Below are positions 48,147-55,137 of a stretch of 55,137 bases of DNA, piece by piece. The notes under the pieces are model-generated. The model saw only the letters and a list, made by a program, of their open reading frames with translations. It was not told the origin of the DNA and did not search any database. Source of the stretch: Desulfobacterales bacterium (GTDB lineage Bacteria; Desulfobacterota; Desulfobacteria; Desulfobacterales; JAHEIW01). Where the stretch lies: assembly GCA_050122475.1 (NCBI GenBank), contig JASFIV010000003.1, forward strand, positions 1 to 55,137, read 5' to 3'. Within the stretch, counting starts at the first letter, position 1. Every line of letters begins with the position of its first letter. The position numbers were made by a program, and so were the translations under genes.

Positions 48147-50297
48147 ATGATTCTAAAATGGATGCAAAAATTGGGGGCGGTCAAAACCGCTCTGATCATC
48201 ACCCTGATCTCGATTCTGGGATCAGTGGCGCTTGAATTGATTTTTTCTCTGGTTTCAGGTCATTTTCATCGTGAAGCGCTCATCAAATGCATCCTATTTC
48301 CAGGTATTATCGCCCCTTTTGTATCCTATGCGGTGGTGCGGGTAGTGCTCAAAATGATCGATTCCGAAACCGCTCTCAATGAAAGCAAAGAAAAATACCG
48401 CTCCATTCTGGATAGCATCGAGGACGGATACTACGAAGTCGACCTTAAGGGGAGCTTTACCTTTTTCAATGATTCCATGAGTCGCTTATTGGGATATTCC
48501 CCTGCAGCCATGGCGGGCATGAATTATCGGCAATATATGAGTTCCGAAAATTCACAAAAAGTATACCAAACGTTTAATCAGGTATACAAAACCGGTGAAT
48601 CCGCCAAAGGATTTGACTGGGAAATCTTCAGAGTCGATGGCTCCAAGAGCCACATGGATGCCTCCGTGACACTGATGAAAGACGCCAAGGGAAACCCAAT
48701 CGGATTCCGGGGTATCGTTCGCGATATCACCCAGCGCAAACAATCTGAAACCGCTCTGCGCGAAAGTGAGGCCAGATACCGACAGCTGTTGAATCATGCA
48801 CCCAGCGGCATTTACGAAATAGATGTAACAAATGGAAAATTTGTCAGCGTCAATGACGTTATGTGTGAGTATACCGGCTACACCCGGCATGAGCTGCTGT
48901 CCATGAACGCGCTTGATATTCTAACCGAAGAGGGCCAGAAAAAAACACTCGAGCGATTCGAAAAGGTGCAAAAAGGTGAGAAAGTACCGGCGTCGGTTGA
49001 ATATCAGATAAAAACGAAAAACGGCCGTGAACTATGGGGCCTGCTGAATACGAAATTTTTACACGATGCACAAGGAAGACCCACACGCGTTTTGGTTGTG
49101 GCGCATGACATTACCGAGCAAAAGCAGTCCCAGGAAGAAAAGAAAAATCTGGAGTATCAGCTACAGCAGGCACAGAAAATGGAAGCCATCGGAACATTGG
49201 CCGGCGGGATCGCGCATGATTTTAACAATATTCTTTCGGTGATCATCGGTTACACCGAACTGATCCTCATGAACGCCCACGTGGATTCAGAAGTCCGCCA
49301 AAATTTAAAAGAAATTTTCAGCGCCAGCAAGCACGCCCGGGACATGGTCAAGCAGATTCTGGCTTTCAGTCGCCAAAACAAACAGGAGCGCAAGCCCATT
49401 CAGGTGGCCCATATTGTAAAAGAAGCTCTGAAGATGCTACGCGCCTCTTTGCCGGCTACCATCTCAATCCAGCAAAAATTAGAAAAAAATACCGGCATTA
49501 TCGAAGCGGATCCAACTCAAATCCATCAAGTGCTGATGAACCTGTGCACCAATGCCGCCCATGCCATCGATGAAAAAGACGGCGAGCTTGAAATCAGCCT
49601 GGCCAATATCGATCTGGATATACATGCCGCTGCTGAAATTCCGGATCTCTATCCCGGTTCATTTCTCAAGCTCAGTGTCAGAGATACCGGTGACGGCATT
49701 GCGCCTGAAGCACTCCCACAAATTTTTAACCCCTATTTTACCACCAAAGAAAAAGGAGAAGGAACGGGTCTTGGGTTGGCGGTGGTGCAGGGTATCATCA
49801 AATCTTTGAACGGCGCTATTACCGTTGACAGTGAAGTCGGTAAAGGCTCAACCTTTCATGTGTATCTGCCGACTATCAAGCGCGAATTGGCGAAAGAAGA
49901 AGAGATGCCAAAACCGCTGCCGATGGGGTATGAACGCATTCTGTTTGTGGATGACGAGCAACCTCTGGTGGAAATCGGCAAGCAGATGCTTGAACGGTTG
50001 GGCTACAAAGTTGATACCCGAACGAGCAGCATCGAAGCCCTAAATCTTTTCAAAGCGGATCCCAATCGATTCGACCTGGTGATCACCGATATCGTGATGC
50101 CCAACATGACCGGTGACAAGCTGGCCGACGAAATGATGGGGATCCGGCCCGACATTCCCATTGTTCTGTGCACCGGATACAGTGAAAAATTTACCCGCCA
50201 ACAGGCCTCTGAAATGGGTATAAATACCTTTCTGATGAAACCGCTGGTGATGCAGGATCTGGCGGGTACTGTGCGGCAGGCGCTCACCGCTAATTAG
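48147..50297 (+). CDS. Hybrid sensor histidine kinase (2TM-PAS-PAS-HisKA-HATPase-REC)
   Basis: GGIAHDFNN, NLCTNA, GTGLGL and FVDDE..ITDIVMP motifs. Confidence 0.95.
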   Translation: MILKWMQKLGAVKTALIITLISILGSVALELIFSLVSGHFHREALIKCILFPGIIAPFVSYAVVRVVLKMIDSETALNESKEKYRSILDSIEDGYYEVDLKGSFTFFNDSMSRLLGYSPAAMAGMNYRQYMSSENSQKVYQTFNQVYKTGESAKGFDWEIFRVDGSKSHMDASVTLMKDAKGNPIGFRGIVRDITQRKQSETALRESEARYRQLLNHAPSGIYEIDVTNGKFVSVNDVMCEYTGYTRHELLSMNALDILTEEGQKKTLERFEKVQKGEKVPASVEYQIKTKNGRELWGLLNTKFLHDAQGRPTRVLVVAHDITEQKQSQEEKKNLEYQLQQAQKMEAIGTLAGGIAHDFNNILSVIIGYTELILMNAHVDSEVRQNLKEIFSASKHARDMVKQILAFSRQNKQERKPIQVAHIVKEALKMLRASLPATISIQQKLEKNTGIIEADPTQIHQVLMNLCTNAAHAIDEKDGELEISLANIDLDIHAAAEIPDLYPGSFLKLSVRDTGDGIAPEALPQIFNPYFTTKEKGEGTGLGLAVVQGIIKSLNGAITVDSEVGKGSTFHVYLPTIKRELAKEEEMPKPLPMGYERILFVDDEQPLVEIGKQMLERLGYKVDTRTSSIEALNLFKADPNRFDLVITDIVMPNMTGDKLADEMMGIRPDIPIVLCTGYSEKFTRQQASEMGINTFLMKPLVMQDLAGTVRQALTAN

Positions 50298-50352
50298 TTT
50301 TCAGCCGATCCCTCTCACACGCATCTTGGAATGAATTTCCCTCCGTGAAAAA

Positions 50353-50444
50353 GCATAGGGCATGGCGCATAGAGCAGAGCGTTTTGTTCGAAGAAGCGGA
50401 AATTAAAATTTTCAACGCTTTGCGCTAGGCACGATGCCCTTTGC
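50353..50444. repeat. Inverted heptamer-repeat element between convergent genes
   Basis: GCATAGG-GCATGGC-GCATAGA-GCAGAGC arm and its imperfect complement at 50414-50444. Confidence 0.68.
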
Positions 50445-50503
50445 CAATTAGCGCTTCTCGGATATAGCCGGTTTGCAATTATTTAAATCGGTCTTGGTTT
50501 TAC

Positions 50504-52063
50504 CTACAGATTGATTTCATAGCGGGCAATCTTGTTGAGCAGCCCCTGGCGGGTTAAACCCAGCTCCCGTGCAGCCTGGGATCGATTGCCACCTGATTTG
50601 CGAAGCGCATCCAGAACCATCTGGCGTTCCACCTGCGCGGTAGCCTCCTTTAACGTTGGTGCCCTTGCATCACGCGCACCACTGATATCAGAGGCTGTCG
50701 TGATCCGTTCTGAGAGATATTCTGGGGTAATGTCAGTATTATTGCCGGCCAGTGTTAAAGCGCGCTCAATTTCATTTTCAAGCTCACGCACATTTCCCGG
50801 CCAATCAAATTGCATCAATGTTTCCAGAGCGTCGGGCCTTAGGCGCGCAGGTGGCTGATTCAGCCGGGCAGCGTGTTCTTCTAAGAAATGGACTGCCAGC
50901 AACGGGATATCTTCTTTACGCTCTCTTAACGGCGGAATCACGATCGGAAAAACCTGAATCCGGTAAAAAAGATCTTCTCTGAAATTTCCCTCTTTTACCT
51001 GTTCCAATAGATCCCGGTTTGTAGAAGAAATCAGCCGGAAAGCCACCTGGCGATATCGGCTGCCGCCCACCGGCCGAATCTGGTTTTCCTGTAGCACCCG
51101 CAGCAGTTTGGTTTGCATTGAAAAGGGCATATCGGAAATTTCATCCAGAAAGACGGTGCCCCCGTTTGCCAGCTCAAACAGTCCCTTCTTGTCGGCAATC
51201 GCGCCGGTAAAGGCGCCTTTGACATGGCCGAAAATTTCACTTTCCAGCAGATTTTCAGACAGCGCGCCGCAGTTCTCAGCAACAAAGGGCTTATCCTTTA
51301 AATGTCCGTTATAATGAATGACCTTTGCCAGCAACTCCTTACCGGTTCCGGTCTCACCCTGGATCAGAACGGCTGTATCGGTGTCAATAACTTTATCCAG
51401 CAGCGCAAAAACGCGTTGCATGGCGGCGCTGGAACCAATGATTCCCTTGACATTAAAACGGGCCTGGCATTCGGTTTTCAGTCGATAATTTTCCTTTTCA
51501 AGGGAGGTGGCGTATTGCTGAACTTCACCGTAGAATCGTGCATTTTCAATGGAAACCGCAATGATGACTGACAAAATTTCCAAAAGGTGCAAATCCTTCT
51601 GATTAAATTCCGTTTCATGCTTGTTGATGGCGTATAACACACCGATTACCCGTTTACGGGTTTTTAAGGGCACACAAATCATGGAGCGGGTATCGAGACT
51701 TTGCTGGAGATCGAGCTTTTTGGTGAACCGGCTGTCCTTGGAGACATCAGGAATTAAAACCGATTGCTGTTCTTTCAACACCCATCCGGCCACACCGTAA
51801 TCATCCGGAAACCGCATTTCAGACATATTCTGCGGGTCACCGCCGGTAAGCTCTTCGATAGTCCGTATAAAATACAATTCTTTCCGTTGACGATCATGCA
51901 TCGCAATTGAAGCCCCATCGATGTCAAATACGTCCTTGACCTTGGCCAGAACATTTCGCAGCATCTCATCCAGATCATGGATGGACTGAATGGCGGTTGA
52001 AACTTCATACAGCAGATTGAGATCTGCTGGATTCAGGAAAACGTCAGGGTTGCGCTCAACCAT
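50504..52063 (-). CDS. Sigma54 enhancer-binding protein (GAF-AAA-Fis HTH)
   Basis: GETGTGKE, GAFTGA, FLDEI and WPGNVRELEN motifs; start set at ATG 52063. Confidence 0.94.
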   Translation of the reverse strand: MVERNPDVFLNPADLNLLYEVSTAIQSIHDLDEMLRNVLAKVKDVFDIDGASIAMHDRQRKELYFIRTIEELTGGDPQNMSEMRFPDDYGVAGWVLKEQQSVLIPDVSKDSRFTKKLDLQQSLDTRSMICVPLKTRKRVIGVLYAINKHETEFNQKDLHLLEILSVIIAVSIENARFYGEVQQYATSLEKENYRLKTECQARFNVKGIIGSSAAMQRVFALLDKVIDTDTAVLIQGETGTGKELLAKVIHYNGHLKDKPFVAENCGALSENLLESEIFGHVKGAFTGAIADKKGLFELANGGTVFLDEISDMPFSMQTKLLRVLQENQIRPVGGSRYRQVAFRLISSTNRDLLEQVKEGNFREDLFYRIQVFPIVIPPLRERKEDIPLLAVHFLEEHAARLNQPPARLRPDALETLMQFDWPGNVRELENEIERALTLAGNNTDITPEYLSERITTASDISGARDARAPTLKEATAQVERQMVLDALRKSGGNRSQAARELGLTRQGLLNKIARYEINL

Positions 52064-52125
52064 GGCTTTGTTTCCGTATATATTATCAAGGGTTTGAAAA
52101 CGATCTGTAATCAAAAGCCAAAAAG

Positions 52126-52174
52126 TGTCAATCAACTTTACATCTAAAGTTATAAAATATCAACTTACTTTACA
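52126..52174. promoter_or_regulatory. Tandem putative bEBP enhancer sites
   Basis: TGTCAATCAACTTTACA (52126-52142) and TATCAACTTACTTTACA (52158-52174), 32 bp apart. Confidence 0.62.
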
Positions 52175-52291
52175 GTTAAAATTCAAGATCTAATTCTGCC
52201 TGAGCGGTTCAAATCAGATTATTGAATTAATTTTCAGTAAATTAAGTAAGATAAGCGATTCATCCCCAAATAGGGTGTTCATAAAAGAAAA

Positions 52292-52307
52292 TGGCATTAA
52301 ACCTGCA
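52292..52307 (+). promoter_or_regulatory. Sigma54 -24/-12 promoter
   Basis: TGGCATTAAACCTGCA with exact GG-N10-GC spacing, divergent from the bEBP. Confidence 0.72.
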
Positions 52308-52372
52308 GTTAGAGTTTACAGTTACCGCACGCTCAAAACCGCTAACCACCAACCATGAGAGAGGAGGGCCTT

Positions 52373-52720
52373 ATGAAACTAAAAGCACACACGATGTTAT
52401 CGGCAATGGTCATCGCCGGGCTGATGGTGACGGGGCCGGCCGCAGGTGGTGGAACCGACCGCGCAGAGTTGGAAGCGATTGTGGATAACTATATTTCCGC
52501 CTGTGAAGCCAAATCCGCAATGTTGAACTCCCGTAGCACAAACATCCGGCGGGCCGCCATGCTTTCCTGTCTGCGAGCAGCTTTATGCCGCACGTCAAAA
52601 GCCGAGCTTGTCGATGAACTGGTGGCCAAAAAAATCGAGGCCAAGCCATATAAAGTGCACCATTTTCTGAATGCCCACTTTAAATCAGAAGGCGTATCTA
52701 ATCAATTGGCGTCAAAATGA
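52373..52720 (+). CDS. Small secreted hypothetical protein
   Basis: GAGGAGG RBS, signal peptide, three Cys in the mature part. Confidence 0.75.
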   Translation: MKLKAHTMLSAMVIAGLMVTGPAAGGGTDRAELEAIVDNYISACEAKSAMLNSRSTNIRRAAMLSCLRAALCRTSKAELVDELVAKKIEAKPYKVHHFLNAHFKSEGVSNQLASK

Positions 52721-52738
52721 TGAACATACATCTGTAAT

Positions 52739-52842
52739 GTGGGTTTGGTCCGCAACCGGACCCGTTGAGTCCCGTCGGCGAACTCAACATAACCGGGAGT
52801 GAAGTTTCAATCAGGGGGGGACTTCACTCAGGCCAAACCCAC
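52739..52842 (+). ncRNA. Candidate multibranch structured RNA (3' UTR or sRNA)
   Basis: Closing stem GTGGGTTTGG/CCAAACCCAC enclosing GTTGAGT/ACTCAAC and GAGTGAAGT/ACTTCACTC hairpins. Confidence 0.4.
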
Positions 52843-53084
52843 TCACAATCCCCCCGGCTTTTGCGCGCATCTCACAACGATTTAACTGCCGGTCGTTGCG
52901 TCTTCCCGCCCCATGATATCCACCCGATGGTACCGCATCCCACGCATAAATAAATCTAAAATTGCCATTCTGAAATTAAATTTTGGCATCCGGCCATTTT
53001 AAGTGTATAATTAATTATTTGAAGTTCCCGCGATTTCGTAAAAATACACCCAACTGATTATTTCCCAACTCATGGATCGACACG

Positions 53085-55137
53085 ATGACCGCTTTATTCA
53101 GCCGGGATGAGGCCGAACTTCCCGAAGCCATTGAAGCGAATTACCAGAAATATCTGGTTAAGATCTGCATGCTTATCGGCACCCCTGTCCTGAGTTGTTT
53201 TATCATCTATGATTTCATTATCGGGCGCTATCTGGTTGCTCTGGTGCTGGCATTTATGCTTTTGCTGCTTCTGAGTCTTTTTGTGATCACCAAAAAGACG
53301 GATAATGAAGTCAAAATAAAGCAATTCTACAAATTATTTATCAGTGGCTTTTTTCTTCTGTTCGGCCTGTTTCTGGTCTACACAATCGGTGTTGAAGGCC
53401 ATATCAGCCGCATGCCCTGGGCATTTCTTTATGCAATCGTGATCTTCTTTGCTATGGGCGCAACCAGGGGCCTTATCTGGACCGCTGCCTTATACGGTGT
53501 TCTTTTCCTGTTTTCGCTTTATTCTACCCCTGAAGACCTGTCCGCCCAGGGACTGAAAATACGCTTTTTTATTGCTTTTCTGCTCGTGATCGTGGCCGCC
53601 TTCTTTTTCGAGCGCCTGAATAAAAAATATCAGCTGCAGCTTATCGATCAGCAAAAATCATTACAGGAATCCGAGAATCGATATCGCGAAGCATACCAAC
53701 AGCTTAACCAGGAAATAAACGTGCGCCGGCAGGCGGAAAAAGAGTTTCGTCAGATTGAAAAGCGTTTCCGCGAAATGGCGGATAACATCCGTGAGGTTTT
53801 CTGGCTGTTTGATTGGATTGAACAAAAAGTGATTTACGTCAGCCCGGCCTATGAGACGATCTGGGGGCGATCGGTCAAGGATCTTTACAATCGATATGAA
53901 GAATGGGCCGAGAGCATCTACCCGGATGATTTGGAAAATGCCAGTGAAAGTTTCCAGACCATTGCCCAAACCGGTGGTGGTGAAATCAGAGAGTACCGTA
54001 TCGTACGGTCGGATGGCTCTGTGCGCTGGATTTCAGACAGAGGATTTGCCATCAAGGATGACAGCGGAAAGGTCGTTCGCATTGCCGGAATCGCAGAAGA
54101 CATTAGCAACCGCAAGCGGGCGGAAATGGCGCTGCGTGAAAGCGAGGAACGCTTCAGGGAGCTGGCCGAGCTGATGCCGGAAACCATTTTTGAAATGGAT
54201 TTAGACGGCAATCTGACCTATGTGAATCGCAACGCCTTTAACTATTTCGGATATACCCGGTCTGATTTTAAAAATGGCTTAAAAAACCTGGACATGTTGA
54301 TCCCCAAAGATCGCGAACGGTCCGCAGAAAATATAGCAAAAATACTGAAAGGGGAAGAAACCGGCATCAATGAATATACCGCCCTGCGGAAAGATGGTTC
54401 TACCTTCCCGGTAATGGCCCATTCGGCGCCTATTTTCAAGGAAGGCAAACCATCGGGCTTAAGGGGTTTTCTCATCGATATTACCGACCGCAAAAAAGCC
54501 GAAGAAGAGCGCCGCAAACTGGAGGTACAGTTTCAGCAAGCTCAGCGCTTTGAAGCCCTGGGCACTCTTGCCGGCGGTATCGCCCACGATTTTAACAATC
54601 TATTGATGAATATTCAGGGAAACACATCCTTGATGCTCTGCGAAATCAAGAAATCCCATCCGTATTTCAATATGCTCAAAAATATTGAAAAGCAGGTCAA
54701 AAGCGGTGCCCAGATGACCCGCCAAATGCTCGGATACGCCCGAAAGGGGAAATTCAATGTCAAAGCCATTGAATTAAACCAGGTTCTGAATGAAACCACC
54801 GAGACCTTCGGAAGGACCCGCAAAGAAATTACGATTCAGCGCGATTTTGCAGACGACCTCTTTGCCATTGAAGCCGATCGGGGGCAAATTGAACAGGTGC
54901 TGCTAAATCTGTATGTGAATGCTGCCGACGCCATGCCCGGCGGCGGCCTTCTCCAGCTAAAAACCAAAAATGTGAGCCATCTGAATATCAAAAGCAACCA
55001 GTATACGCCTCAGCCGGGCAAGTATGTGCAACTGACCATCAGCGATAGCGGTATCGGGATGGATCAACATACATTGGAGCACATTTTTGATCCCTTTTTT
55101 ACCACCAAGGAAATGGGAAGCGGAACGGGTTTAGGAC
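53085..55137 (+). CDS. Membrane PAS sensor histidine kinase (runs off the window end)
   Basis: Absent from the ORF track because no stop is in the window. Manual reading shows N-terminal TMs, two PAS domains, GTLAGGIAHDFNN, NLYVNA and FFTTKEMGSGTGLG. Confidence 0.9.
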   Translation, partial: MTALFSRDEAELPEAIEANYQKYLVKICMLIGTPVLSCFIIYDFIIGRYLVALVLAFMLLLLLSLFVITKKTDNEVKIKQFYKLFISGFFLLFGLFLVYTIGVEGHISRMPWAFLYAIVIFFAMGATRGLIWTAALYGVLFLFSLYSTPEDLSAQGLKIRFFIAFLLVIVAAFFFERLNKKYQLQLIDQQKSLQESENRYREAYQQLNQEINVRRQAEKEFRQIEKRFREMADNIREVFWLFDWIEQKVIYVSPAYETIWGRSVKDLYNRYEEWAESIYPDDLENASESFQTIAQTGGGEIREYRIVRSDGSVRWISDRGFAIKDDSGKVVRIAGIAEDISNRKRAEMALRESEERFRELAELMPETIFEMDLDGNLTYVNRNAFNYFGYTRSDFKNGLKNLDMLIPKDRERSAENIAKILKGEETGINEYTALRKDGSTFPVMAHSAPIFKEGKPSGLRGFLIDITDRKKAEEERRKLEVQFQQAQRFEALGTLAGGIAHDFNNLLMNIQGNTSLMLCEIKKSHPYFNMLKNIEKQVKSGAQMTRQMLGYARKGKFNVKAIELNQVLNETTETFGRTRKEITIQRDFADDLFAIEADRGQIEQVLLNLYVNAADAMPGGGLLQLKTKNVSHLNIKSNQYTPQPGKYVQLTISDSGIGMDQHTLEHIFDPFFTTKEMGSGTGLG

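Noticed and set aside
52739-52842. Cloverleaf as a tRNA or tRNA-Sec
   Set aside because: No TTCRA T-loop, no properly placed anticodon arm or CCA end
52983-52999. TTGGCA as a second sigma54 promoter
   Set aside because: No GC at the -12 position

Overview
A 55 kb gene-dense bacterial window. Gene content (bEBP and sigma54 promoter, HDOD/PilZ/zinc-ribbon proteins, PAS hybrid kinases, SpoIIE phosphatases) suggests a Desulfobacterales-like deltaproteobacterium; this is inference, not a database result. No rRNA, tRNA, CRISPR array or intact transposase was seen. Main contents: alpha/beta hydrolase, HAD, thioesterases, MoxR-DUF58-DUF4129, an RND pump, a polar amino-acid ABC system, pyrB, MATE, Ogt, M28 peptidase, a 1217-aa triple zinc-ribbon membrane protein, two PAS kinases and a GAF-bEBP with a divergent sigma54 target. 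The best finding is a hidden selenoprotein: two annotated ORFs (23853-24104, 24138-24437) join in frame through a UGA into one AhpD/CMD-like protein with a CxxU motif and a bacterial SECIS-like hairpin. It lies downstream of a NemR-like TetR gene flanked by two identical 16-bp operators. Nearby is an unusual arsR-arsM-(C-GCAxxG-C-C)-CMD-PP2C operon with a probably leaderless arsR and no efflux pump. Intergenic DNA holds a 263-bp MITE family, an ORF-less IS200/IS605-like element, palindromic short-unit repeats, candidate structured RNAs, and several gene remnants (MFS, C-N hydrolase, LysE, an amber-interrupted DUF1036 gene, a frameshifted RSGxDRR protein).
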